DNA of 63,331 bases, filler included, from Octopus bimaculoides (Eukaryota): NCBI RefSeq assembly GCF_001194135.2. It is 4 parts of 4 records of this genome, joined end to end, with 100 filler letters (N's around TTAATTAATTAA, not from the genome) between each part and the next. Parts side by side here need not be neighbours in the genome. Positions count along the whole stretch, not along the records: positions 43,436 to 59,908 come from NC_068993.1; positions 60,009 to 63,331 come from NC_068984.1; 2 more parts are not named here. One strand, given 5' to 3'. The notes below the pieces were generated by a model that searched no databases, was not told the DNA's origin, and was given only the letters and a program-made list of their open reading frames with translations. Position 1 is the stretch's first letter, and every line of letters starts with the position of its first letter. A program made the translations under genes and the position numbers. Below, in pieces: positions 49,680 to 62,825 of this stretch.

Positions 49680-50220
49680 AGAGATAATGTGTGGATACTG
49701 GAGTTGATGTTGCTATGGTAGATGCAGTGTTGGTAGTAATAGTAGTGGTAGAAGTAGGGCTGTGGCGGTGATGTTGACGGTAGTGTTGTTAGTGGTGATG
49801 GTGGCAGTGTGGTGAGCGTGGCAGTTTTGTTGGTTGTGATGGTAATGGCCATAGTGGTGGTGGTGATGGCGTTAGCCTAAGTAGTCAAGGAAGGTAGTAG
49901 TGTGAGTAGTGATGAGTGGTTGAAGGCGTAGCAATGATGGAAACCGAAGTCATGGAGTGCTGATGGCGATGATGGTATTAGTTGGGGAGGCGGGTTCTAA
50001 TGGGTGTGGTGGTGGTAGTGGTGGAAGTTGTGATTGGTATGGTGTTTTGTTGATGATAGTAGTAGTAGTAGTAGTAGTAGTAGCAGAAGTCGGTGGTTGT
50101 GATGGTGGTAGTATCGTTATTAGTGATCGTTGTCATGGTGATAGTAGTGGTGGTATTGGAGATGGTATGTGATGCTGGTAGTGATGGTGACTGTGATGAT
50201 GATAGCGATACGGTATTGAT
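49680..50220. repeat. Degenerate (GGT/GAT/AGT)n low-complexity field
   Basis: Directly visible. Confidence 0.85.
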
Positions 50221-50221
50221 A

Positions 50222-50761
50222 CGAGGGTGAGTCAAAAAGTAATGCCATTTTGTTTAGAAACATGTATCATACATCAAAATGAAGCTGATCCTCTGTGGAT
50301 CACATCCCTACTTCTCAACATAGTCACCATTTCTCTCAGTAGCAATGTTCCACCTTCGAATGAGAGCATGTATCCCTGCTCCGTAAAATTCTATTGACTG
50401 TTCTTTGAGCCACTTCACTACAGTTTTCGCTTCTTCGTCACTGTACTATCATCGTCACTGGACTATCATCTCTTCGGCCCCATGAAAGAGAGTTTGAGAG
50501 GCAGACATTATTCCAGTGATGAGGAAGTGAAAACTGTAGTGAAGAAGTGGCTCAAAGAATAGTGAATAGAATTTTACGGGGCAGGGATACATGCTCTCAT
50601 TCAAAGGTGGAACATTGCTATCGAGAGAAACGGTTACTATGTTGAGAAGTAGGGATGTAATCCACAGAGGACCAGCTTCATTTGGATGTATGATATATGT
50701 TCCTGTGTTGGTAATTATACGTGTCCTAAACAAAATGGTATTACTTTTTGACTCAACCTCG
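50222..50761 (+). mobile_element. Fold-back mariner derivative with TA TSD
   Basis: TA|CGAGGGTGAGTCAAAAAGTAATGCCATTTTGTTTAG ... CTAAACAAAATGGTATTACTTTTTGACTCAACCTCG|TA. Arms at 50222-50443 and 50514-50761. The core and right arm encode DYHLFGPMKESLRGRHYSSDEEVKTVVKKWLKE..EFYGAGIHALIQRWNIAIERNGYYVEK*. Confidence 0.93.
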
Positions 50762-50829
50762 TAATAATGATGTTGGTAGTAGCAATGATGGTTGTCGTAT
50801 GGTTACTCAACTACTGGTCAAAGCTAACT

Positions 50830-51010
50830 AGTGAGGAGGAGGGGACGGGTGTAATTGATAGTACTGAACCCCGAACTTCATTGACAGCCGGAGGAATGAA
50901 AGTTGAAGTTGGCCTTGGCAGGAATTGAACTCAGAACTTAAAGAGACGAAACTAAATATCATTAGGCATTCTTTTGTTCCCCGGTGCTTTAGCGTTTCTG
51001 CTTGTCCATT
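50830..51010 (-). mobile_element. SINE family A copy (diverged)
   Basis: gaatgaaagttgaagttggccttggcaggaattgaactcagaacttaaag. Confidence 0.65.
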
Positions 51011-51049
51011 GCCTTGACAATGACGACGACAACAGTAACAACAATGACA

Positions 51050-51098
<49 letters not shown>

Positions 51099-51149
51099 GC
51101 AACAACAACAACAATAATAAAAATAATAATAGTGATAACGATGATGATA

Positions 51150-51196
<47 letters not shown>

Positions 51197-51441
51197 GATG
51201 GTGATGGTGATGATGAAATTGCTGGTGATAACAACGGCAACGACTACGATAATGATAGCGGATGACAAGAAAACAAGTGAAAACAATGAAGTCACGTGTC
51301 ACCCATTTCAATGGCCAAAGAAGCAATGTATCAGTTCTTACAATTGCTATAATAATCAGTCTTCGATTCCTATCGATTTATCTTCTTCCTGACAAAATAC
51401 TTCTGTTGTAATCGAAGACAACGTGCGCCTGTCTTGTTTCC

Positions 51442-51529
<88 letters not shown>

Positions 51530-51750
51530 CATTATTGTTGTTGTTGTTGTTGTTGGTGGTGGTATTATTACTATTGTTGTTGTTGTTGGTATTATTGTTG
51601 TTGTTATTCATTCATTCATTCATTCATTTATTTGTTTATATGTACATATATTTTCTTGGTCTTTGCGTTTATTTTGGAATATTTTTACATAGAATCCGAA
51701 TTCACAAAGGACACAGAAAAAGTAATAATAAATATTATACAACAACAACA

Positions 51751-51821
<71 letters not shown>

Positions 51822-52013
51822 CCTTTCTACTAAAGGTACAAGGACTGAAATTTGTGGGGAGGGGATCAGTCGATCAGATCGACTCCAGTGCTTCACAGGT
51901 ACTTAATTTATTGACACCGAAAGGATGAAAGGCAAAGTCGACCTCTGCGGAATTTGAACTCAGAACGTAAAGACAGATGAAATGCTGCTAAGCATTTCGT
52001 CTCGTGTGCTAAC

Positions 52014-52048
<35 letters not shown>

Positions 52049-52280
52049 TGATGATGATGATAATCCTTTCTACTATAGGCACAAGGCTTGAAATTTTGTG
52101 GGGAGGGAGCCAGTCGATAAGAGCGACTCCAGTAGGCTACTGGTACTTAATTTATTGACTCCGAAAGGATGAAAGCAAAGTCGACCTCGGAGGAATTTGA
52201 ACTCAGGACGTAGCTACGGGCGAAATAACGCTAAGCATTCCGTCTAGCGTGCTAACGATCCTGCCAGCAAGCCGCCTTGG
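51822..52280 (-). mobile_element. Two head-to-tail SINE family A copies embedded in (AAT)n/(GAT)n arrays
   Basis: Copies at 51822-52015 and 52063-52280, each flanked by AAT runs. Confidence 0.9.
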
Positions 52281-52297
52281 TAATAATAATAATAATA

Positions 52298-52335
<38 letters not shown>

Positions 52336-52396
52336 AATAATAATAATAATAATAATAATAATANNNNNNNNNNTAATAATAATAATAATAATAATA

Positions 52397-52945
52397 AACG
52401 ACAACCATCTCCAATGCAGGATATGTAGCAGGCTCGAAGAAACAATTGATCATCTTGTCTCTGGTAGCCTTAAGCTTTCTAAGATAGGATACATTCAACG
52501 TCACCACAAAGCAGCAGTATACATCCACTGGAAGGCCTGAAATGAATACATTAAGACCACTTAGAAATGTTATGATCATTAACCGAAAGCAATCATCGAA
52601 AATAAGAACGTCACCATAATATATGATATGCCTCTTCATGGAGACCGAGAAATAACAGCAAACCGTCCGGACATCATTATCAAGGATTAGAAATTTAAAA
52701 TGTCTAGAATTAGATTTTGCAATACGACATCTAATTAAGAAAGGTGTTAGGAACAACGTGGAGTAGAATGGCGAGAGCATGAGGGGAATGGAGCAAATGC
52801 TGAAGCTAGCGGAGCCGACTCGGCACCAGACAGCCTGGCCGATCCACGTGATCCAAGTGATCCAGGGGAATACCATTAGAAAGAAATACATTCACAAATG
52901 TCATGGAAAAATGATTCGAGCACAAAACATAGAGGTAATATATAT
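52397..52945 (+). mobile_element. R4/Dong-clade C-terminal fragment: CCHC knuckle and restriction-like endonuclease
   Basis: CRICSRLEETIDHLVSG..YIQRHHKAAVYIHWK..IENKNVTIIYDMPLHGDREITANRPDIIIKD..CLELDFAI. Confidence 0.85.
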
Positions 52946-53534
52946 ATTTATACATGAACATTCATCGNNNNNNNNNNNNNNNNNNNNNNNNNNNNNNNNN
53001 NNNNNNNNNNNNNNNNNNNNNNNNNNNNNNNNNNNNNNNNNNNNNNNNNNNNNNNNNNNNNNNNNNNNNNNNNNNNNNNNNNNNNNNNNNNNNNNNNNNN
53101 NNNNNNNNNNNNNNNNNNNNNNNNNNNNNNNNNNNNNNNNNNNNNNNNNNNNNNNNNNNNNNNNNNNNNNNNNNNNNNNNNNNNNNNNNNNNNNNNNNNN
53201 NNNNNNNNNNNNNNNNNNNNNNNNNNNNNNNNNNNNNNNNNNNNNNNNNNNNNNNNNNNNNNNNNNNNNNNNNNNNNNNNNNNNNNNNNNNNNNNNNNNN
53301 NNNNNNNNNNNNNNNNNNNNNNNNNNNNNNNNNNNNNNNNNNNNNNNNNNNNNNNNNNNNNNNNNNNNNNNNNNNNNNNNNGTGTGTGTGTGTGTGTGTG
53401 TGAGAGAGAGAAAGAGAGAGAGGGGGAGAGGGAGAGAGGGGAAAAAAGGAGCAAGAAAGTGAGGAAGAGAGCAAGAGAGAAAATGAGAAAAAGAGAGAAA
53501 TTTAAGAGAAATATAGTGTGCGAGAGTTTAAGAG

Positions 53535-53570
<36 letters not shown>

Positions 53571-53973
53571 AGAGAGAAAGAGAGAAAGAGGGAAAGAGAG
53601 TGGTAGTTAGAGAGAGAGAGTGAGAGAGTGTGTGTAAGTATGTGTGAGAAAGGCAAGACTGTAGGCTTTGTGTGGAAATGGTAATGTTATCGGATGATTG
53701 TGTAGATGTAAGAGTTGTTAGATAAATTCATTGCTTCATTGAGTGTTTAACTGATTTGTTCAAGTAGGATTAAGAGTCCTCAATAATAGATGAAGTGTTC
53801 TCGATGACGCTCTTTCACTATAAATGAGCTGTGCACAATTGCACACACGTTTTGTCCTATTGAAAAGAAACGGTTGACGTACGAGTCAACAGAGTAATCG
53901 GTACGTCATCATTAGATTTCTTAGAAATAACAGCTAAATTGTCTCCAGACCAACCACCCTCTGCCGTCTAGCA

Positions 53974-54405
53974 CAGAGCTTCTCAACCATTTTTTAAATC
54001 TATAGACTCCTTTGATTACTACTTTGTTCTTGCTTTAATTGCTATTCTGTCTCTTTATGAATTACTCTCTGTCGTCAAGAACAGAGTTTCTCAACTATAT
54101 ATATATATATTTTTATCTATGGACCTCTTTGATTACTATTTTGTTCTAGCGGACCCCATAACTATTCGATGTTTAAGAATTAGTTTTATAGATACTTCTT
54201 TCAGAATTCCTATTTTGGATTTTCACCCGTTCACTTGTGTAGGTTTGCAGTAGAACTCACTGAAAGAACATGTTTCTGTGATTGGATACGTGTTGAAGTA
54301 TATTAAGCGTTAGAACAAGAAATATAACTGTTTCTTGCAAAAAAATACATCCAAAACCAAATTTATTTATGGTCCCTTAAAATACTAATGGGGATCCCCA
54401 GTTTA
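53974..54405 (+). mobile_element. hAT (Charlie-like) non-autonomous element with a duplicated 5' end
   Basis: CAGAG(C/T)TTCTCAAC starts at 53974 and 54082, each followed by atctat(a/g)gac..tttgattacta. Decayed right end ggggatccccagttt. Confidence 0.6.
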
Positions 54406-54479
54406 CAGTTTTGCTTGCGTGGGCCCCAAAAGTAGTGTAGGACCCTCAGGAGCCATATGGATTCCGGCTGAGCAAAAGG

Positions 54480-54869
54480 AAATATTTGATATTGTAATCC
54501 TGTTTATCTGTAAAAAGGCTAGGTGGTCACAGCCGGAACCGGGATGACTTCGATGATAGGTTTGCTCGATTAGAGCTGATATAGGCTTAAACAACAACAA
54601 AAATGACAAAATTAAGCATGTCTTAAGGTGTTAAACTTGTAAAACTGGAGTTTAACCGTGTAAGTGGCTAAGATTACAAGCCCCCTCCTCACATCATCAG
54701 AACAGGACACCGATCCATCGCAGGGCTAACTTCTGCGTGGACTGAAGTAATATAAAATTAGATGTTTTGTTCAAGAGCACAAGTGCCGTCCGGACCGACT
54801 AAGAATGGAAACCACCGTTAAGCGATCATGAGTGCAACACCCTTACGATTAGGTTCTGCGCCTTCACGC

Positions 54870-54870
<1 letters not shown>
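54480..54870. mobile_element. SINE tail (+, about 54480-54600) and a D-like SINE head/core (-, about 54660-54870)
   Basis: The tail ataggtttgctcgattagagctgatataggcttaaacaacaac also appears, decayed, at about 13940-13990 and 30370-30430. Minus-strand gttttgttcaagagcacaa..gaatggaaaccacc..taggttctgcgccttc. Confidence 0.5.
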
Positions 54871-54909
<39 letters not shown>

Positions 54910-55129
54910 GCTACTGCAACAACGACAACCAGAATTGCAGCAGCAGATGCTTTCACTCACGCCGAGGAATTTTGGTGATGTTTCAGTAAAGTTTCTGTTA
55001 GTGAAGAGTTGGTGAGTGTCCTTATAGTTGTTGTTTATAATTAGGTTAGGTCTAGCGGTTGCAAAATAAGTTAAAGTCTATCTCGAATCTTTAGACTCTT
55101 TAAATTGGAGCTCATACCGATTTTTCGAG

Positions 55130-55510
55130 GGCTAAGTAACTGTTGCTGACACATAGAACCAGCATAGATTCGGATAATTGGCGTGACGTACTCCAACCCC
55201 TGGTTCACAGGCGTGCTATCGCGCCTCTGGCTTTCCTATCACTATTGCAATAACTCCTGCTCCTTGGAGCTGGTTGGTCTCGTACCTCCACCTCTCAGGT
55301 TACTCCGATCCACTTGCCTCCACACTTCGTCACCTTTGCTGCTGCATCCACCACTATTCACGGCTCCGCACTAGCCTCTTACTCAATCCTCCCCCACCCT
55401 CACCGGAACATCAATCCCTCTGGAATCTTCTCCTCGCCCATGTCTTTCGTGTAGGCGTTGGCCTGCAACAGTTTAAACGTAACACAAACAACATCAATCA
55501 CACCGGTCTC
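55130..55510 (+). mobile_element. L2/CR1/Jockey-group LINE ORF2 3' end
   Basis: Across frameshifts: LQPLVHRRAIA..YHYCNNSCSLELVGLVPPPLRLLRST..SLWNLLLAHVF..LQQFKRNTNNIN. Confidence 0.75.
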
Positions 55511-56099
55511 GAACTACCTGCAAGGCTCAACTCAAGGGTGCTGCTCCTTCTTCCTGGATTAATAACTACAACTCCTATCAAAAATAAAGAAATAAATAAC
55601 ATAAAATATAATAAAATTAAATTTAAAAAAACATTTAATTTCTAAAATCAAATGCTTCTTACTTTGCTTAATGCAGAGGCGGTTTCCCATGTCCTTTCTT
55701 ACTTAATATTTGCTCTAAATAAAAAAATATATATATTTATATATATTTACATATATTTATATGTAAAGAGGTTCTTCACCACTAGCGTAGATGCACAATA
55801 CTAGACATATATATTTCAGATAATTTAATCTTGCAAATTCAAATTCAATGAGAAATCCATCAAACTAAACAATTTAAGCAAAAAAAAAAAAAGACAAAAT
55901 ACAATGAAATAAAGTAAAAACTAATACTAAAAAATTCCACCAATGAATTCTACTTATCTTTATAAGATAATAATTCTCAATGTCACGTGCTAGGTCCAAT
56001 CAGTTATCTCATTACCCATGTTGCAATGCTAAACTGATTTCATGAAAATCTTATCTCTGTTTATGTTTTTGTCTTTTGTTGCTTTTTTCTCCCTTTCCT

Positions 56100-56304
56100 A
56101 ACAACAACAACAACAGCAACAACAACAATGAGAATAATAATAATAATAATGATAATCGGTCAGTTTTAATTGATTTTCTGCTTTACAATTGTTCCCGTGT
56201 TTATTCGAGAATTTCCAACAAGATGATGACATAATATATTCTATATTGTTGTGCTTTTGTAAACGATCATCATCATCATCATTATCATTATCATTATCAT
56301 TATC

Positions 56305-56348
<44 letters not shown>

Positions 56349-56418
56349 CATTATTATTATTATCATTATTATTATTATTATTATTATTGTCATTATTATT
56401 ATTATTATTATTATTATA

Positions 56419-56451
<33 letters not shown>

Positions 56452-57136
56452 GTTATTATTATCATTATTACTGTTATCATTATTGCTATTTTTATTACTT
56501 TTATTATCATTATTATTATTATTGTTATTATTAATATTATTAATATTGACAGTAATGTTATTACCAATAAAATTACTGTTGTTACTATTATCGTCATCAT
56601 TCTAATTTCTATCCTTATTCTAGTAACTGTTATTCTTCTTATTTTTACTATTATTCATGTTATTATTTCCTTTATCATTACTGTTATTACTATATTTTTA
56701 GTAGTAATTATTGTATAAGTAGTATTAGTATTAACATTAGTATTAGCGACAGCAGCAGCAGCAGTAGTAGTAGTGGTTGGAGCGATACCAACAGTGGTAT
56801 TGAAATCATCGTTGCATTTTTTGTTATTGTTTTTTTTGTTGTTGTTGTTGTTACAGTCTCCCTATATTCCTTCGTCGTCTCCTTATCTTCAACCTATTCC
56901 TTATCATGTTACTGTTGGTATCAGTGTTGAGATTTTCGCAATAGTCGTTACTGTTGTGGATCTATATAGTTATTATGCCTATTGTTGTAGTTGTTGTTGT
57001 TGTCGATGTTGTTGTTGTTGTTGTTGTTGCTTCTGATTTCTTTTTGCCATTGCAGCCATCGTTACTACTTTCACAACGATTCAATCATTATTCAGCCTTT
57101 CGGATCACCCACACATACATACACACACACACACAC

Positions 57137-57174
<38 letters not shown>

Positions 57175-57200
57175 ACATGTATATGCATGTATGCATGCAT
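56100..57200. repeat. Large (ATT/ATC/GTT)n and (CA)n microsatellite field
   Basis: Directly visible. Confidence 0.9.
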
Positions 57201-57629
57201 GCATATATGTATATAATGTATACGTGGATATATGCATATATACTTATATATACAAGCACATATACTCACTCACACATACAGACACATTTACATATGCATA
57301 TATGCACGAATATACATATACGCAGAGATATGCTTCTATATTATATGTGTGAGTATACGCGTGTGTGTATGCATATATATGTATATATATATATACACAC
57401 ACACCCATATATGTACACACACACACATATACAGACATATACATAGGCATGCATAGAAACATATACAGTCGCCTTTGTGTTGTATGTGGTTGCTGCAGTT
57501 GTTCTTATAAACAACATTTTAAAAGGATTTATCGATTTAAGCAATGTTCCCCGAATATTGAACAAACAGAAATTAGTTTGTTTTATTAGAATATAATGAA
57601 ATAAATAAAAGGATGGAAACGATGATGAA

Positions 57630-57665
<36 letters not shown>

Positions 57666-58744
57666 AAATAATAATGATAATAATAATAATAATAACAATA
57701 ATACGGAATATAATAATAATAATAATACGGAATATAATGCACATCTTAAGGGACTGATTGAATGTAAAAAAAAAAAAAAGACATGGACGCGAAGTACACT
57801 GCAAGGAAGAAAAAGTTAAGGGAATGAGATAAAGTAATACTAAAGGAATGAGAAAGGGAAAGAAAGAAATTATTAAGAAGAGAAGTGTGGGGGGGGGAGA
57901 AGAAGGAGGAGAGGCGGTGGAGAAGGCAGGAGAGGAGGAATTTTAGGATGAAGACAGAGTGGAATAGAACCAAATAAAAAGAAAGTAATTTAAAGATTAG
58001 TTTGAAGTAAAAAAAAATGATAATGAACAGAATCATCACCGGACGCCAAAGCAATGAATACACAAATAAATATAATATAATATAATATAATATAATATAA
58101 TATAATGTATAAACGAACAGAGATCCATGTGCAGCGTAGAGGAAAAGAAGAAAACTATGAAGCCAAAAGAAGTTGATCAATTTAGTTTAATCAAATAATT
58201 GGTAAATCAACATACAAAATGGATAAGAAATACATAAATTCTTTAGAAAATGTAAAAAAAAAAAGAAGAAAATAGTTAGGGGAAAATACTCCAGAGGAAA
58301 TAAACTTAACAAAGTGAAATGAAAAGAAAACAAACAAACGAAAAAGTAATGTACTCCACCTCCACCATTTATGGTAGCAGACGACCTTTCCGGTCGGAGC
58401 AGACGACTTCCGCTGACGAGTGATTTATGATGTATAATACAATAGAAGAAAGTTGGCTTTTAAGCAGAAAATATCAACTGGAAGATATTAATTTAAAAAG
58501 AAAGCTGGAGTTGTATGCGATATATAACAAAATAAATAAATATATATATATGTATGGATATATGTTTTTGAGTATATATATATTTGAATAAATATGAATG
58601 TGTGATATATACATACAAAAATAGAAGTGAAAGACGAAAATGAAGACGTTTGTATACTTTTCGTTACAGTAATGTTTTTCATAGCATTTGTAATTAAAAT
58701 TTCTTATGTATTATAATTATGACTATATACATTATAATCACAAA

Positions 58745-58790
<46 letters not shown>

Positions 58791-58960
58791 GTACATACAT
58801 ACATATATATATATACATATATATGCGCCCATTTATATATGTGTATGTCTGTACATATATATATATATAGAGAGAGAGAGATTGATAAATAGATGGATAT
58901 GCATCTATTTATATATGTGTGTGTCTGTATATACATACATACATACATATATACATATGC

Positions 58961-58998
<38 letters not shown>

Positions 58999-59187
58999 NN
59001 NNNNNNNNNNNNNNNNNNNNNNNNNNNNNNNNNNNNNNNNNNNNNNNNNNNNNNNNNNNNNNNNNNNNNNNNNNNNNNNNNNNNNNNNNNNNNNNNNNNN
59101 NNNNNNNNNNNNNNNNNNNNNNNNNNNNNNNNNNNNNNNNNNNNNNNNNNNNNNNNNNNNNNNNNNNNNNNNNNNNNNNNNNNNNNN

Positions 59188-59225
<38 letters not shown>

Positions 59226-60302
59226 GAGAGAGAGAAAGAGTGTGTATGGATGTGCATCTCTATGTCTGTATACGCACTTATAAATACATAACGCTCCGCC
59301 TTGCTATTGTGAGCACACTTTGTCTCTCCCTTTATTTTTCATTAGTTTTACAGGGTTTATGACCTGAGAATTAGTGGGGAATTAGTTGGTTATATAATTA
59401 AATTCGATCGAAATCCAATACACACGCACACACACGCATACACACGCACCTACTCTCTCTCTCTCTCTCTCTCACTCACTCAGTTACTCACTCGCTCACT
59501 GACTCACGCTGTCCTTGTATCTCCCTCTCTCTCTCTCTCTCTCTACTCCATTTTTTAACAATAAATTCATATTTCTCAGGAGGGAAATTAATAACATAAA
59601 AAGATAATCATTAGCTATCATAATATAGAAATCAAAACAGGCGTATGAAAAAACACTCACATCCACACCCACACACACACACATACATATGTGCATTCAG
59701 AGAAAGGCACACACAATGTACACGCTCATACATGCACATACACACACATTGAGCTCTTCTATTGGAATAGATTTCCTTGAGAACGTTTGTGTTGTACGCA
59801 CAATTATTCATACACACACGCACCGCATATGTATGCATATATGTATGTAGGTATATAATAATATATATTTTAATGTACGTATATATATATATATATATAT
59901 ATATATATNNNNNNNNNNNNNNNNNNNNNNNNNNNNNNNNNNNNNNNNNNNNTTAATTAATTAANNNNNNNNNNNNNNNNNNNNNNNNNNNNNNNNNNNN
60001 NNNNNNNNACATATATAAAAGATATGACTGTGTGCCGATATAAATACAAAAATATAATAATGAAATTTCGCAGTACATAAATAGTCGTTATGTTAGTTCT
60101 CCAGAAGCAATGTGAAAGTAACTAGAATTCACAACGCACGCTAACTCGCATACTGTGATTGCCTTCCGGTACAGACTGAACATCGGCTGCCTTGGCTTAC
60201 TTTTAAGAAGGCGCTGGAAGAGAAGTATTTCGAAATATGCAAAATAGAAACGCTCTCCTCACGGCATGATTCGGTCTACATGAAACTGGAAGGTGCCAGA
60301 CG

Positions 60303-60351
<49 letters not shown>

Positions 60352-60477
60352 CCTTACTATTGTACTTTTGACAAAACAACAATACGGAAGCAAAACTATC
60401 TGGGAGAAATATAATGATTCGTAGAATGTATGTAAAAACCTCCAAAGGAAAGGGATATATTTCTTTTCAGATTATTG

Positions 60478-60685
60478 GTGAGTTGGCAGAATCGTTAACA
60501 CGCTGCACAAAATGCTTAGCGGTATTTCACCCATCGCTATGTTCTGAGTTCAAATTCCACCGAGGTCGACTTTGCCTTTCATCCTTTCGGGATCGATAAA
60601 TTAAGTACCAGTTAAACACTGGGGTCGATGTAATCGACACACTCCTCCCCACAAAATCGAGGCCTTGTGCCTATAGTAGAAAAGA

Positions 60686-60690
<5 letters not shown>
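60478..60690 (+). mobile_element. Well-preserved SINE family A with a long (ATT)n tail
   Basis: ggtgagttggcagaatcgttaacacg...gaggtcgactttgcctttcatcctttcgggatcgataaattaagtaccag...gtagaaaagatttttattatt. Confidence 0.92.
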
Positions 60691-60737
<47 letters not shown>

Positions 60738-60781
60738 TATTATTATCATCATCATCATCATTATTATTATTATTATTATTA

Positions 60782-60868
<87 letters not shown>

Positions 60869-60909
60869 ATAGTTATTGTTATTATTATTATTGCATATAA
60901 TAGATGTTG

Positions 60910-61900
60910 CAAACTTTGAAGACATTTATACGAATGGCTAACACAGATAAAGCAGCAGCTGAAAGCGGAAAGTTATTAAATAATAATTAGTAATGGGTGT
61001 GATGTGTATTGAAGCAATAAAAGACAGGATGCCTCCTCAACTATGCTGTTTCAGCAGTTTGAGCAACACTTTATACAGGATTTTATAGGAATGAGCAGTA
61101 CAAATAACGAAGCTCGCAAGAATGGACTAATTTCCAAATATTACATGAGAGCTAAAGGTAAGTATCACTTTTATAGAAAGCCAAACGAAGTGGCGATTCA
61201 TATCTTTAAAAATTCCAGTCCAATTTAGTTATAAGTAGGAAACTGTAGCAGCAAAGTCTCCAATTCATCGTGCGGTATTCTACAATATAAGTTACATATC
61301 AACTAGGAGTGGCTTCAGTAAGAAATTACTGTATATAAAAGATCACCCACTCATTCTACTTACGAAGAGAGTGAGCGTAATCTGGTTTACTCCACCTCAT
61401 TTAGACATCACTACAAATATTTCCAGAAACTAACTCTCGTATGCGGCATCACTTTCTGACTGCGCATAAGTAACATAATCTCTTCAACGCAAAACGCGTC
61501 AAGGTTAGTTATTCTTGACGAGACATTGCTGCTTCCAGCATCACATTCGGAAACAAAAAGCATGCATCTATTAAGACCCTGCTAAGCCACCCCCGCTGTA
61601 ATTCGAAAATCTGCTTTTCCGTTGAGCGGATTCTGTCTCCTAAACTGAGTGGTATATAGAGTGACACTTTTCCTATCAAATGGTATATGGAAGAACTATA
61701 GGAGCTCACTACAGAGGTTTTTCAAGAAACAGTATAGCCAAAATCTGCATTCATCTAGGTTCAGAGACAAGGCCAAATCAGATTGTGCTATTACCTATTA
61801 TTTAATTACAGGCTCTGCCTGCTTGAGAAACTGTATATCCCTCAACAAAAATGCGAAATTATTTCTAATTACCGTCAGGGATAATTTCAACTGACTTGAT
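60910..61900 (+). mobile_element. Second decayed Penelope-like element (RT end, linker, GIY-YIG)
   Basis: GKYHFYRKPNEVAIHI; VIWFTPPHLDITTNISR; HHFLTAHK*HNLFNAKRVKVSYS; RKSAFPLSGFCLLN*VVYRVT; FKKQYSQNLHSSRF. These match PLE YRKPN, IWFNPP, FNxxxVKVSYS, CPLxGxCL and GIY-YIG motifs in the expected order. Confidence 0.8.
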
Positions 61901-62067
61901 AAATAATGACAAATAAAATCGTGGAATTAACTATCGTGCTACCAAAACATAATCTTAGCTGAGATGCATTTATTACATCATAGTCACGCCCTAACATCCT
62001 TGCGAGGCTCAACGATATTTTACGCCAGTAGATAATATAAAAAGTTTTAATAACTTACAAGTCTGAC

Positions 62068-62260
62068 GGCGAGCTGACATGATCGTTAACAGACCGAGCA
62101 AAATGCTTAGCGGCATTTCGTCCGTTTTTACGCACTAAATTCAAATTCCACCATGGTCGACTTTGCCTTTCATGCTTTCGGGGTCGATAAAACAAGTATT
62201 AGCTGAGCACTGGAGTCGATGTAATCGACGCACATCTTCACCCAAAATTACTGGCCTTGG
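62068..62260 (+). mobile_element. SINE family A copy
   Basis: ggcgagctgacatgatcgttaac...ggtcgactttgcctttcatgctttcggggtcgataaaacaagt. Confidence 0.88.
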
Positions 62261-62409
62261 GACAGAATTTGAAACCGATATTTTTGCAAGTCTGTAGTGA
62301 TGCGACAGTTCACATATCTATAATTTATCTAGAACAAACGGTCAATGACCCGTCAACAGACTGTATGTGTGTCTGTGTTTCTCTCTATATCTGTGGTGCG
62401 TGTATGTAC

Positions 62410-62447
<38 letters not shown>

Positions 62448-62825
62448 TAATACAGGGTATCTAAGAGATACCGCCACGCTGAAAAATAGCAGTCAAATCC
62501 TGACTCTAAACCACAATAAATGTTCGTATAGCACAAGGAGCGAAGACGAAGACAAAATAAACCAATAAAAATAACAAGATAATTCCAGATCCCGGATTTC
62601 TGGCTTTGCATAATAAATGCTTTGCCTTCATCGGTGGAATATACTCAAGTACATAAATACAAATATATATATATATAAAAACATACAGTATACTTACATA
62701 TACGGACGTATACATACATATATATGCACGTATGCACACGACTAGCTTAAATTGCCCGCCTAAAAACACCTCGTGCGATACGGACAGAATATCAGCGCAG
62801 TAAATACACTGACAAAATAAATTTG

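Noticed and set aside
52760-52880. Host exon EQRGVEWREHEGNGANAEASGADSAPDSLADPRDPSDPGEYH
   Set aside because: No clear splice signals, and another frame loosely continues the Dong endonuclease tail.
7373-59362. Long ORFs of 200-420 aa in the track
   Set aside because: They are read-through of N gaps and (TA)n/(CA)n arrays.
61055-61157. Apparent internal exon with a NAGNAG acceptor and a perfect AAG|GTAAGT donor
   Set aside because: The frame continues through the donor as GKYHFYRKPNE, a Penelope motif, so the segment is better explained as part of the PLE.
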